The notes below the pieces were generated by a model. It ran no database searches, had not been told where the DNA came from, and saw only the letters and a list, made by a program, of their open reading frames with translations. This document shows positions 27,273-40,565 of a stretch of DNA of 64,000 nucleotides, piece after piece. Position 1 is the first letter of the stretch, and each line of letters begins with the position of its first letter. A program made the position numbers and the translations under genes. This DNA comes from Lingula anatina (taxonomy: Eukaryota > Animalia > Brachiopoda). The stretch spans positions 20,464,848 to 20,528,847 of the forward strand of contig CM120643.1 in the NCBI GenBank assembly GCA_051362555.1, written 5' to 3'.

Positions 27273-30200
27273 CACTATAGCTAATAAGTCCCCGGTCACT
27301 TTAATAGCACACGCTGTCTACATCAGACGCGCTAATGCGCACGTCCCCGACAGAGTTAATGATAGGGGGATTACGATGGACAGCGCATGTTGCTCACAGC
27401 AGTAGGCACTGCCGCCGAAGTTAAACCGGTAATTAAGTCTTTAACTTGACTAAACATGTTTTGCTTTGTAACTTGCGTCCTTCAGTCTTGCTGTTGCGGA
27501 AGCGCCGGCGGGACATATCTCCACCTTGCCGATATTTATCCCGACTCTCGACTTTAAAAGTATTATTGGTTTTGATTTTATCAAAGTCTTATTATATCAG
27601 AAAACCTGCATATTTTCATACGTTAAGAGAATTATAGAAACTGTAGAAAAAGCTACTCGTACATCAGGGATAAAAAAACAACACCTTGCAGCACTATTAC
27701 CTATTATTCATCACCAGAAGTTACTGTTTCACTTTTTTCTCCCAAATTACAAAGTCTGATGACAACTGAAAGCCTTTAGCCATACCTCAGGGCAGTGGGA
27801 GATAGTCTGGATTTGATTAAATGTAATAAAAGTATATTTTGAAGAATTTTCCTAGCCTTCGGCAATTTCCGCAAAGCTTCGGCATGCGCGGCAATACAAA
27901 GCTGTCGATATCTGCATGTGTGAACAATAGAATTGGTGGAACAACGGTTAACGTCGTTGAGTCCTCTGCAACCTATCCGACGGGAGTTCGTGTCCCTGTC
28001 GGTACTTTTGAAGATTTTGAAATTGTCATTATTAAAAAATATCTATTAATATATAAAACAGTCGTGGCTAATTGTATTTGCAACGGAAAGCACAGTAGGG
28101 AGGTTTGTTGTTATTGTTAAAGTTATTATTACTGGGGACATAAATTAGTATGCTAATCTCTTATCATGGTATAATGATTGATACGATGGGTATCAAATAG
28201 TTTTCCTTTGATATAAACAACAAAAGAGCGGCCTTCCAAATATCTTTGCTGAATGTTTATAACGTAGGTACTATTATGCGCAAAAATATTGATACATGAC
28301 GCAAACGACATTTATTAATTTTGGTAATATCAATTTTAATTAAAATTAAATTTAATTGAAATTAAAATTAAAATTTGTTTAAACGTGCATATTACCATTC
28401 ACCTTGTTTAAAGGGTTCGCAACACTTTACATTCTAATACATTTTGCCAATTTTCATGTTTGCTAGTTTATTTTGATTTGAGAGAAAGCGAGAGAAGACC
28501 CTCTACTAGGGCCGCAAATTAATTATGAGTATTTTTCTTCAGTGCAAGAGACTGTGTAATGAAAAATCAATCTGTAACTCTGGTATAGGGTGGCCTTGTG
28601 TATGTAATAATATACAAGTAGGGGCAGGGGTACAGTTTTATAGTACAATAGTCATTTTATCTTATTAATCTCATCGTCGGGTCATTGTTTACAAAAGCGC
28701 TTTGTCGCTGTGCGTACCTTTTTGCATGTGAGTTAGACTCAGTCAGTAACAGCTGGTGATTTTGTCTTTTTTGCGTTTCATTGACAATATTTTGGCCACC
28801 TAAGTAGGGAAATGTGGCTCTTTGTTTTGAAATGACATTTCCATTGTTCCTTTGAACACGCAAAAGTCAACACACTTACGTCAACATACTTACTTTGTAA
28901 TAACAACCCAGGGGAAGAAACAAAAGCCTCATAAGGTGTCGTCATTCACACTGTAAAAGGTGTTAATTTCATGCTTCTATTGTTTGCCCATTAATCATTA
29001 TGACAAATTTGTAGGGTTGCCAGATCACTCGCGCTTCATTCAATTCTCTATATCTGCCCTGCAGCCTGGGATGAGTGATACTTGACTGACCTTTGTTTCC
29101 ATCTGGAGATTTTCTTTATAATTCGATCAGTGTGCATAAATTATGATATTTTCCATCGGGAAAAATACGTGATAATGTTACGATTCTTATTTTACGGATA
29201 CATAATTACAAAAATTAATTCCTGATTTAATACCCCCTATTTCAGCGCCTATTCCTGGCTGCGTTAATTATGGGGGGTTGGAAAGTAATCCGTTAGAACG
29301 CAGGAGTGATGATTGCTACTCTTACCAACGGTGCATCACCGATCAACTAATCTCAGCCACCTGAAGCAGAATCACCAACAAAAGACAAACTGGACTACAT
29401 CTGCCTTCTTGTTGAGACATCTTATGTAAAAAAGGCGATAACGGTCAAAACATACGTGCTTCGTGGTTTATTAAATGTTCATCGTATTTTTTCGTTCATT
29501 ATTCTTATGAGTTAAGCAGCTTCACCTCCGTGACACCCTTTTTATTTATTTAAACCATTGTTAGATAAACCATGGGTTTCACTCCAGATTTCACGATCGA
29601 ACAGCTGATCATGAGGAGAGTGTACCGTAGCATGCTATAGTAAACTACCCCAAATATATATACAACACCTCCAGGGTTTCACGATCGAGCAAGTGATCAT
29701 GAGGAGAGAGTGTAGCAGAGAACTTCATTAATGGTCGTCATAATTGGTGGTTGCCTTGGGAAAATGAGTTACATGATTACATAATACAGATACATAATAA
29801 CATAAGATTAATACTAAAATTTTCCCTGATACAAAAACCCCTATTTGAGCGCTTATTCCTGACTGCGTTAATTACGGGTGATTAGAAAGTAATCTATGAG
29901 GACGCAGGAGCGATGATCGCTACTCTTACCAACGGTAAATCACCGATTTACTTGACTCCGCTACTTCGAGCAAAATCACCACCAAAAGACTACGTTCGTC
30001 CTCTTATTAAAACAAAGAATGTAAAAATGTGATGTCGGTCAAAGAAGAGGACTAGACTACGTGCTTCATGGTTTATTAGATAGGCCTATTCATTGGATTT
30101 TTTTAGTTCATTATTATAGCTTCACCTCGCGAGACCCTTTTTTATATATTTAAAACACAGCACCCCACTGGTTTCGCGATCATGAAGAAAGGGAGTGTAG

Positions 30201-31470
30201 CAAAGAACCTCATTAATGGTCGTGATAATAGGTGGTTGCATTGTAGGCCTAACCTTGTTCATTTTAGTCGACAGACTAAGCTAGAAGAAAGAACAGATCA
30301 TTATCGCCTCTCTTTACTTAGGAACAATAAGGATGGCTAGTGGCAGCATTTATAAGTTCTTTTATTTAGAAACTTTCCGATCCTTTGTCTGGGACTGCGT
30401 CCGAGAAACGGCGATAACGACAGAGACGTCCTCGAACATTTTGGACTCAGTGCAAATAAAAAAAAAATCCGTTAAGAAGTAGCCTTTAAATGTCCCGGCA
30501 AATAACTTTGCGATGGCTCAGAGAGTTCTAGAATGAATGACAAGCAACGACATTAGGGTTAATAATAGACTAAAAACTATCAGAGTGTAGGCCTGTCTTA
30601 GGCCTACTGAGTACTTCATTTCTAAGGCCATCTTGTGATACGAGTCATGCTACACTATGATTTAATACAGGGATACCATCGATAGTATATCAATAGAAAA
30701 TCGCAATCCTCAAATGTTTTTTAATTCATTAAATATAAACGGTCTTTTCTCGTACAATGGGTCTGGTATAGTTGTATTGGCCTATCAGTTGGAAACACGT
30801 GGTTCGTCTACAATTGCAAATGGCGGAGGTGCCGTGGTAGTTATTGTCGTAAAATTAGCTGGATACGGTGCACGTGAGAAAATTATTCAAATTTAGTTTT
30901 CGAGCGTCAGCTTAATCTGGTAAAATGCGAGACGAGAAAAAATCATAGATAGAGCCTTATGACCCACTGTAGAATGATGCCGAATAATACATCAACGACG
31001 TAGTTTATCGGCAGATAAACGTGTTTCCATTCTCGGCTGACTGAGGAAAGGTTTGAGAGAGCATTTAAAGAAGAGGCGGTCGAACCAATAGTGAGTAGGA
31101 AGTGTGCTGCAATCAAGACGAACAATACCGATCATAAATGGACAGCTAATAACCCCTAATTAAGCCCGGGTTACGCGCTGCTGTGTTGACTCCTTGCTGG
31201 GGAGCGGTAGCGGCCTCCTACTGCTGTGAGTAATCACGCATTGTCTTCTAACCTGCGGCTTAGTTGACTCCTTGCTGGGAAGGGGTAGCGGCCTCCTACT
31301 GCTGTGCGTATTCAAACATTGTCTTCTAACATGCGGCTACACGACGGTTGCATTGTATTAATAAAGTAATACCTATTCATAAGGAAGGGGGCGGATGGTA
31401 ATTTTACGAGAATTAAATCAGTTACCGATCATACGCGTACCAATAGTCGTGTTTTTTTTTAGCTATACGG
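27273..31470 (+). mobile_element. 4.1-kb non-coding TA-inserting element, copy B
   Basis: TA|CACTATAGCTAATAAG ... TTTAGCTATACGG|TA; private ~78-bp tandem duplication at about 31185-31340. Confidence 0.9.
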
Positions 31471-33033
31471 TATGTGTACCGATTGATTATTACCATTCGA
31501 TAAGTAGGGCGACTTCGTCTGAACTTTCGTTTTGCGTCTGTGTCACATGGGTGACTAAAGTTCATATTGTACATGGTAACGCGGCAACACCGTATTCATT
31601 TTCTCTTGTTCTCGAAAACTCAATCATTGAAATTGAATGATTTTTTTTTAGTTTTGTCTTATTTAACTGCTACACTGTATTCCGTGCGTTTAAAATTTAA
31701 CCGTCTGTAAAAACAGCAATAATGTATTACTCGCAACACTTACGTTACGCAATGAAGCACCGAAAATGGGTGAAGAAAATGTGTGTCAGTAATGCGTGTT
31801 TGCCACTCATAATGCACTGTACTTTGTTTGAATAAGCAATAAACTATTTGTGATCATAGGTTATCCATTGTTCGTTATCATGCAGAGTTAACAGATTCTT
31901 TGTATGATTTTTTTCAGAATCCCAAGAGTGGATGCCTTGGTGAGCACAGAGCAGATATCACCAGGAAGAATGTTATAATACTGAACTTTGTGTTACACTG
32001 AACTTCATTTTGTTAAATTTTGTATTTAACTGAACTTTATTGTGTTAAAATAATAAAAAATAATAATAATTCCGATAAAAAACTACAATCTGGAACATTC
32101 TTTAGATCAACTTTGTTCAGTGTGTGTCCCATGTGACAGAGTTACAGTAAACAAAATATGTGCATTATTCCTCTGTGTTTGCCAATTCCATTTTAAAAGC
32201 ATGTGAGAGTGATGTTCCCCACATGATTGAAGTGTGTGTGGATAATAGCAAAAATATTGTGATTATTTACATGATTATAAAAATTTTTTGTACCCGCGAC
32301 ACTAACATTACCGTGACCCACATATTCACCATTTTTATTAATCATGAAATGTGGATTGAATTCTTCAAAACCAGTTTTAAAGCATTGAGACAACACCCCT
32401 TTATGACTTAAACTAAAACTAAAAACATTCCATTAGATTTTCATTAGTTTTAGTGCCAAATATATCTCCCATGTAACGCGTCTTGGATTTGGAGGGTATA
32501 GCTGTTCATCTCTCTTGTGTGCCCTGACAAGGGCATCTGCTGTTTCCCTTTTGATGAAATGATAAACTGTGATGGTGTAGCTATCACACTGCAAAATTAC
32601 AGCTTCCCAGAGAAAGTTTGAAATTTTTGGTCAAATTCAACATTTTGTAACCACTAGCAAAGAATGACTGATATATATATAATTAGTTTTTTTAAAAACC
32701 AAACTATACAGATGGAAGTTTTGTGTAAGAAACAAACAAATAACAACCCACATTTTTACATTACGATAATTGTCATCAAACTCTCTCTGTGCTAGCCTAG
32801 CCATGGTGGAAAACAATCTACAACCGACTTACACCACCTAGCTGGCAGGCGTAAATTTATGACTAAGTTAAGACTGACGTAAGCACTATTCTAGTTTGGT
32901 GCAACTGGCTTTACTCGGTCGTAGCGTTTTGCGGCGCCTCACTTACGACCAGTTGGTGCAACCGAGTCCAGGATAGTAACTTTTATATTAACCAAACAGA
33001 CTGCATTGCCAATTGAAGTTGTATGACTACCAA

Positions 33034-33087
33034 TTTTTATGTACAGACACAGATGTGTCTGTACATATAGCCATCATCTGCGTCTGT

Positions 33088-33120
<33 letters not shown>

Positions 33121-36100
33121 GCACTTTTACCGATAACACGATAAGTGGAAAACCGTTTTTGCTTTTGGCTTGAAACTTACAGAACTGATGAATATTCATA
33201 ATATGCAGGTCAAGTTCGAAAATCAGCATGATTGGGCCATTTTTGGGGAAGTTATGCTGTTTTTTCACTTTTTTCAGCATATATGCAGCACCGATAACAC
33301 GATAAGTGGAAAACCATTTTACTTTTTGGCTTGAAACTTACAAAGCTGATGAATATTCATTCTGCGCAGGTCAAGTTCGAAAATCAGCATGATTGGGTCA
33401 TTTTTAGTGAATTTAGGCTATTTTTTCACTTTTTTCAGCATTTTTGCAACACTGATAACACAATAAATGAAGAGCTGTTTTACCCTTTGGCTTGAAACTT
33501 ACAGAACTGATAAATATTCATAATACGTAGGTCAAGTTCGAAAATCAGCACGATCGGGTCACTTATAGGGAATTCATGCTGTTTTTTTCACTTTTTTCAG
33601 TATATATGCAACACTGATAACACAATATAAGAAAAACAGATAGGCCAATTGTCATTATACTCACAGGAGGGGCCAATCTTATTTAAACGCAGGTTGAGTT
33701 TGAAAATCAGCGTAATCGTGCCATTATTTTAGAAGTTATGCTGTTTTTTCACATTTCCTCACATTCAATTCTTAGGCATGTTAACAGTCTCATTATTGAA
33801 CTAATAAGATACATAAATGTGTTTGTTTGGCATTTCCTGCATCTTTACAACATTGTTAGTTGATTTTGTAAAAATGATGGTAAACTTGTTATCATGTATT
33901 GTGTAATAAAAGTGTCAAAAATGAAAATAAACTCATATCATTGCAGTTTGTCAGATCCATTCATCCACTATGTTCAGAATCTCAGAATGGAGGAAGTTGG
34001 ACATTTAACACTGTTCTATTGATACTTTTCCCATCTCATCAATTTTCTTAGTTGGTCATATAAAAATGGCAGTAAACTGTTTATTTTGTTTTATGTTAAA
34101 AAAGTGTTAAAAATGGAAATAAACCCATTTCAGAACAGTGCTGTCTTGTTTACATTTTGGCATTTTCAATATGTGACTTTGAAGTTACATGGGCCTGAAG
34201 ACTTTTGCTAGTCACATTTTCTGAATAACCATGATAATAATATTTTATAATTAAGAATTGATGGTCATTATGCTGTAAAACATTATGTAATATTGCATCA
34301 AAATTTGAAGAAACCCCTATTTTGGGCACTGCTCCCATGATGACCATTTAAGGAAAATCATGTCACTTACTGTTCTCAAACTTACAGGAAAGAAACATGG
34401 GACTAAAATACAGCTTCAGTAGGCAATGCAGTCTGTTTGGTAAATTGTTCTGGTAGTTAAACAGTTTTTTGTGAAAATTTAATTTTTCACATATTGGCTT
34501 TTTCAATGTGTGACTTTGAAGTTCCATGATCCTGAAGACCTTTGCTTGTCACATTTCCTGAATATCCGTGATACTAATATTTTATAATTAAAAATTGATG
34601 GTCATTATGCTGTTAAACATTATGTAATGTTGCATCAAAATTTGAAGAAACCCCTATTTTGGGCACTGCTCCCATGCTGACCATTTAAGGAAAATCATGT
34701 CAATTACTGTTCTCAAACTTATAGGAAAGAAACATGGGTCTAAAATACAGCTTCAGTAGGCAATGCAGTTTGTTTGGTAAATTTTTCTGGCAATTAAACT
34801 GTTTTTTGTGAAAATTAAATTTTTTACATATTGGCATTTCCAAGGTGTGACTTAGAACCTCCACGGGCTTGAAGACCCATGCTAGTCACATTTTCTGAAA
34901 ATCCATGACACTTATATTTTATTATTAAAAATCAATGGTCATTATGCTGTTAAGCATTATGTAATGTTGCATCAAAATAGAAGAAAACACAATTTTTGGT
35001 GCTGCTGCCTTGATGACCATTATGGGAAAACCGTGTTACTTATGACTGTCAAACTTTCAAAAAAGAAACACAGGACTAAAATGCAGCCTGAGTTAGAAAA
35101 GCAGTCTAATTGGCTTCTTTTTCTGGAAGTTATACATTTTAGTGTAATATTCATTATCTTTTTGGCATATTCATTGTGGGACTCGGAGCTCCCATGGACA
35201 TGAAGCCAAATGGTAATCATATTTTCTACATGTCCATCCTATTTATAGTCAATAAACAAAAATTGGTGATAATTATTCTCTAATTTATTATGTAATGTTA
35301 CATCAAAATTGACAACAATCTTTTTGCACTGCTACTGCAAACATTATGAAAAGAAAACTGTGCTACTTATTATCATTTTTAACTTACAAGTACGATTTTA
35401 AGGATTGGCCTTCAGCTCATATGAGAAAACCACCTCTATTGGATTATCATTTTTATTGTATTTATGCATTTTTTGTGAAATTTTCATTTTTCTCATTCTG
35501 GCACTTTCTAAGTATAAACTTGAACTCTGATGGGCCTGAAGCCTTATGCTTTTACTTTCGTCTGTGTTACCTGTTGTGCATAAGTTGATGTTGACTGTGC
35601 AGTTAAACATAATGTATTATTGCATCAGGATTGGTAGTCTCCTATTTAGGGCATTATGGTTTTGTGCTTTTCTTAAGGTGTGACTTATGGGCCTGAAGAC
35701 CTTTGAGTGCGTCAGTCTGTAAATTACCCTTGGGTATCATTAGATTAATTTCAGAGTTATAAAGTCATTTGCCTTAATAGGCCATTAAATGAGATTACGT
35801 AAAGCACACTTGTTGATATTTCCCTGTAAACTCCCAAAGGTAAAGCTCTCTGCTAGATTAATAATAAGGAAGCAGTGATAATTATGCAGGTAAATTTTGT
35901 TTAATATTGCAAATAAGTTATATATATATATATATATCAAACTGGAAGATTAAAAGTTTGAATAACATCTTCATTGGAATTATATTTACCTCAAGCTCTG
36001 CCAAGGAGGTTATATTTTCAATTTTCACCTCTGTTTGTCTGTCATCCACATAACACAAAAAGTTATGGACCGATTTTGCAGAAATTTTCAGGAACTGTCG

Positions 36101-36785
36101 GAAGTGGGCCAAAGAGGGCAATGATTAATTTTTGGTGGTGGTCCAGATCAATAATCAATCAATTATCAATAATAATCAACAATTGCTGCCTTGGCAGAGG
36201 TCTGCACTCTCAAAGTGCTTTTCTAGTTTGTTGTTTTCCTTTATAATTTTTTCTCAAACACTTGCATTTGTAATTTTTAACTCTCATCTGCCTGGGGCTC
36301 TGCACATTTTCTGTATTTCTTCATAAGCAGTTGTATTGTTTTTTATGTCTTTAAACATTATGTAATATTATTTTATGCACTGTCATCATTTTCAAATATT
36401 GAGACTTTCATAATGTGAATTTGAACTCTCATGGTCCTGAAACTGTAATCTTATTGAAGGGCTGGACTGAGACCATCTTCTGGGTCTTCCGGAAGACAGT
36501 CTGGTTATTAAGTTTATATTGACTGGTATCTATTTTTTTCTGTTGGAAGACCATCAAAATGGAGGATGGATCAACATAGATATTTTGTAATACTGTCAGA
36601 AAATATCTCTGGGTCCGCTCCTGTTATTGACCATGTTACCTGTTGTGCAAGATTTAAATTCAATGTTGACTGACAGTGCTATTATAAGCATTATTTATTA
36701 TTGCATCAAAATTGACAAAATGACCTTTTTTGCATCTTTATTTTCTGTTTTTTGTCTGTACATTTGACAGCTTTGCTGCCTTGTT
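33034..36785 (+). mobile_element. HINE family 1, full-length copy H1 (Helentron-associated non-autonomous element)
   Basis: T-run, hairpin TATGTACAGACAC-AGAT-GTGTCTGTACATA, (CGTCGTCGC)n, ~161-bp tandem units, ~340-bp units, subterminal IR TGTCTGTACAT and end GCTGCCTTGTT; no TSD. Confidence 0.85.
33130..33760 (+). repeat. ~161-bp tandem satellite units inside H1, 4 copies
   Basis: C(C/T)GATAACAC recurs at about 33130, 33292, 33452 and 33613. Confidence 0.85.
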
Positions 36786-37774
36786 AATGATATAATATAT
36801 ATCCCATGGATAATCAGAAAATGAGTGGCAAAAATAGTCAGGCCCATAGAACTTCAAAGTCACACCTTGAAAATGCCAAAAATGTAAATAAGAGAGAACT
36901 CTACTCTACTCTACTCTTTTCTTTACATAAAACAATTAATTTACTGTACTTTTTTCATGATCAACTAAAAAAATTGTTGAGATGTAGAAAATATCAATAG
37001 AAAAAAATATCAATGTTAAATGTTCAATTTGCTCCATTCTGAGATTATGAACATAGTAAATGATTAAATCTGACAAACTGCAATGATTTGCTTTTTTTCC
37101 ATTTTTTACACTTAATTACACAATAGATTAATACAGGTTTAACACCATTTTTATTTAATCAACTAACAATATTGGAAAGATGAAAAATTGGGCAAAAGAA
37201 CAGTTATACGTATCTAATTAGTTCAATAATGAGACTGCAAACATGCCTAAGAATTGAATCTGAGGTAAAAGCACTTATAAACAAAACAAGGCATAACTGC
37301 ATCAAAACTGAATCAATCAAGCTTATTTTCGAACTTGACCTGTATTTTAGTAAGATTAAGCACTCCTGTGAGTTTCATGTCGATAAGCCTATTGGTTTTT
37401 CTTGAAATGTGTTTACAGTGTTGCATATATGATGAAAAATGAGAAAACAGCATAAATTCTAAAATAATGGCCCGATCATGCTGATTTTCAAACTTAATTT
37501 GACCTGCGCTTTAGTAAGATTGATTACACCAGTGAGTTTCATGACAACAGGCGTATTGGTTTGCCTTGAAATGTGTTTACAGTGTTGAATATATGCTGAA
37601 AAGTGAAAAAACAGCATAACTAAAATAATGACCGATCGTGCTGATTTTCGAACTTGACCTGCATTTTATGAATATTCATCAGCTCTGTGAATATAAAGCC
37701 AAAAGGTAAAACTGTCTTCGACTTATCGTGTTTACACTGAAAGTGCACGGTGACAGCAATATATACAGACACAT

Positions 37775-37999
37775 GGTCAAGGACAATCTACAATATTCTA
37801 CTTAAGGCTAGTCTGAAAATGCAATGCAAGTCATCATATGAAGTGAAATGGGAAAATAAGTTAAATTTGGAAGAGAATCTTAATTGGACAATTGTTAACA
37901 AAAACATTTTTTAAGTACAGTGGAAACAAAACTGAGATGGTTTCAGTATAGAATAGTTCATTGAATTTTGGCAACAAACAAATACTTGCATTGCATTAA
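37775..37999 (+). pseudogene. L1/Tx1-like LINE ORF2 fragment, part 2
   Basis: SRTIYNILLK...KWENKLN...ETKLRWFQYRIVH*ILATNKYLHCI, typical of the region preceding the zf-RVT knuckle. Confidence 0.8.
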
Positions 38000-38215
38000 A
38001 GTGCAACTTGGTAGGTAAAAATAAACTATAGACTATGCTGAAAATAAAGCTGACAACCTGACATACATTGCCCACCCTTCGTATTTTGACATTTTACAGA
38101 CCGTTTCCTTAATTACATAAGATCGTAATATTGCGTTTTGAATGTGGGAATCCCCATGGGGTTTCCTGACCTAGATGACCAGAATGAGGCTGATTGACGT
38201 CATGAGAGGGAGATA

Positions 38216-38461
38216 ATGGCTGGCAGTAGCGATTCTACGCGCGAAACTTATCATCAAGACTTGAGTGTAAATGAAAGCTGGTCGGAGACAAATGAGTTGT
38301 TTTCCGAAGAAGAGGAGTATGGTATCTCGAGTTTGAACGCTAAAACCCTATGTTTTGGATCCGTCAGCGCCGGATGCAAGTACTAGTACTAGTAGCAATG
38401 CCAGTGCTGGGGAGGGCAGGGAGTGCGTTCGCCATGAAGACTGACGCAAAACGAATGGTTG
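38216..38461 (+). pseudogene. Putative KolX exon 1 (acidic N-terminus; frameshift and stop)
   Basis: MAGSSDSTRE...EEEEYG.. then KPYVLDP in a shifted frame; ends TG|gt, in phase with the next exon. Confidence 0.55.
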
Positions 38462-39007
38462 GTATGTCCGTTTTTTTTTCTAAATAACCTCGTTAGATAG
38501 TGGTGAATTACTCAGTAATGGGACAATTTTGCTGTGCTCTACATGTACACCATGTGCGTTTTGTTGAACGTCTGTTTTACTCTAGCCTACTTTCCGACTA
38601 CTAGTAGTAATAAGGGGATAGTTCACAAATCAAAACAATACAAGAACATTCAACACGTACATATCTGATATTTACATGATGTACATATGTACCAGTACAC
38701 GACAGAGAAATGAAGCAAAGCATTGTTTATTTGAATTGGGTTTTTATTTACATCAATTGAAGTGGCCCCAGCAGTTACCCAACACTCTGTAGGCAACACA
38801 ATTAGCAGCCCGCATTACTACAAGTATAAATTAATCTAAATTCACTATATTTCTTTATTCACTTTCAAGTGCAAACAGTCATTGCACGTCAAGTGTGTAA
38901 CATATATAAATTCTTGAAGTACATGTATAAGGTAGTTAGAAGAAAGGTGCATGTAAATAATGTATTTTTTATTTTTTAATATGGCCCATATACATTACAA
39001 CTTGTAT

Positions 39008-39135
39008 ACTAGCAGGGCAGAGTAATTTTATGATCTTTTTATATGTATACACATTGAATACATTCACTGTTACTAGCAGGGCAGAGTAATTTTATGATCT
39101 TTTTATATGTATACACATTGAATACATTCACTGTT
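39008..39135 (+). repeat. Near-perfect ~64-bp tandem duplication
   Basis: ACTAGCAGGGCAGAGTAATTTTATG...ATTCACTGTT occurs twice. Confidence 0.9.
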
Positions 39136-39470
39136 AGATGTTAAAATACTTTATTTGCATCCTTTTTTATGAACATAAATGTACATGTTCCTGGTTTATT
39201 AACAAAATAACGCAATATTGCTCTCCAAATATAAAGATAGGCCTAGTGTAAATATATTTATAATAAGATTTTTGGAATAAAATTATTTGCCAGGTTTGTT
39301 GGTCACTGTGATGTAATGCTCACTCTTTGATCTGTGTCTGTGTAGCTGTAAAGTCTGGTGTCCACATGTTGGATTAGTTAAGAAGGGAGACTCCCTGTGG
39401 TTGCCAGCAAGTGCTTGGTTATAAAATAATTTTGGATCAATTAATTTATTTTAATTTTATTTAATTACAG

Positions 39471-39855
39471 GTGCACCTGTGGGCATTGCCAAATCCTGCC
39501 AGATGTATCAGAAAATATCTGCTGCCATGAAGTAGTAGTAGTACAGAACAAAAGCAAAGAGGAGAATGTGCAGTGCATAACTGACCACCCAGGGTTTGAG
39601 CCAGTCTGCCTGAACAAGTGGGTACTCGAAACTGCTTGGATGCAGTTCAGGCGGCAATATGGGGGGAAAGCCTTTGAAGGACGAGATGATCAAAGGCTGA
39701 GGCACATAGCTTACAGACAATTTGTCCGCTGGGTTTGGGGGTGGCTGGATAAGAAGATTAGGGTCACAATGCCCAGTTGTGCAGTTAGCTGCGTACAAGC
39801 CCACTGCCGTTCACCTTCAGAAGAAGAGCACTTCACTGGCTTCAAAGACCAGTAA
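39471..39855 (+). CDS. KolX / P2X7 intracellular (ballast, nanor-like) Cys-rich domain exon
   Basis: ttacag|(W)CTCGHCQIL..ENICCHE..CITDHPGFEPVCLNKWVL..RHIAYRQFVRWVWGWL..KIRVTMPSCAV..FTGF*; open frame. Confidence 0.85.
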
Positions 39856-40138
39856 ACTTTACATTTCCAATTTATCTGAAAACAAAAGGACAAAGGTCAT
39901 GTATAAACAAAACAGTGTGCTCGATAAACCAAGAGGCACCAAAATTTAAGTTTCAAGAATAATTTCAAAACAAAAACTTGAGAAAATGCCACCTGCCAAA
40001 AACAAACTTTTTGTTGACTGTCGGTATAATTATATTACATGTAACAAAGGAAACTGCGCCGAGACGCACCTATAGAGCAATATACAAATCTATATATGTT
40101 CTTTTTTTTCTTTTTTTGATTACTTATGATGTCTTTAT

Positions 40139-40332
40139 TCATGACCCAAGTTTAAATGAACTTGTTTGGTATATTGTGCACAGTTTATCTATCAGTTCCT
40201 CTAAATCAACATCTGGTTGCCCTGCAGCTAGAGCTTTAGGGATTCCTTGAGTAAGCTGTTGACGTATTTGCTTGGCTTCTGCTTTTTGTACGACAAGGTA
40301 TTTTGTAATGTCTATGAGTTCTGTTACATAAT
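40139..40332 (-). pseudogene. Probable C-terminal exon of the Kolobok transposase
   Basis: cag|(.)YVTELIDITKYLVVQK..IPKALAAGQPDVDLEELIDK..; position and orientation fit; resemblance judged by eye. Confidence 0.45.
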
Positions 40333-40397
40333 CTGGAATACAATTAGCAAGAATAAATGTATGTATATATAAATATGTATACATCGGACATGTAAAA

Positions 40398-40565
40398 CAG
40401 GGGCGGATCCAGAGATATTTTCTGACAGTCTTCCAAATTATCTTTGTTGATCCATCCTCCATTTTTGACCGTCTTCCGACAGAAAATATAAGATGCCCGA
40501 TAATGTAAACTTGAAAATCTGACCGTCTTCCGGAAGACCCAGAAGACGACCTAAATCCGCCCCTG
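40398..40565 (+). mobile_element. ~165-bp hAT-like MITE (same family as 2190-2352)
   Basis: CAGGGGCGGATCC ... AAATCCGCCCCTG. Confidence 0.8.

Larger units (their letters stand above)
25164..32671. mobile_element. TIR element (Y) inserted in a (TA)n microsatellite
   Basis: Perfect 22-bp TIR TCAGTCATTCTTTGCTAGTGGT / ACCACTAGCAAAGAATGACTGA, with (TA)n on both sides. Confidence 0.8.
20129..32968. mobile_element. PIF/Harbinger-like TIR element with CAG target duplication, enlarged by nested insertions
   Basis: CAG|GGCCCGGTTGCATCAAC ... GTTGGTGCAACCGAGTC|CAG (14/17 TIR match); HINE H3 sequence resumes on both sides. Confidence 0.7.
19207..37774 (-). mobile_element. HINE family 1, old copy H3, split by nested insertions (pieces 19207-20128, 32969-33033, 36786-37774)
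   Basis: Begins AACAAGGCAGCAAAGCTGTCAAATGTACAGACA (reverse complement of the H1/H2 end); pieces are collinear with H1 in reverse. Confidence 0.75.

Noticed and set aside
27273-27290. CACTA start suggesting an EnSpm/CACTA transposon
   Set aside because: The other end is ...TATACGG or ...TATACAG rather than ...TAGTG, and all three copies sit in TA sites
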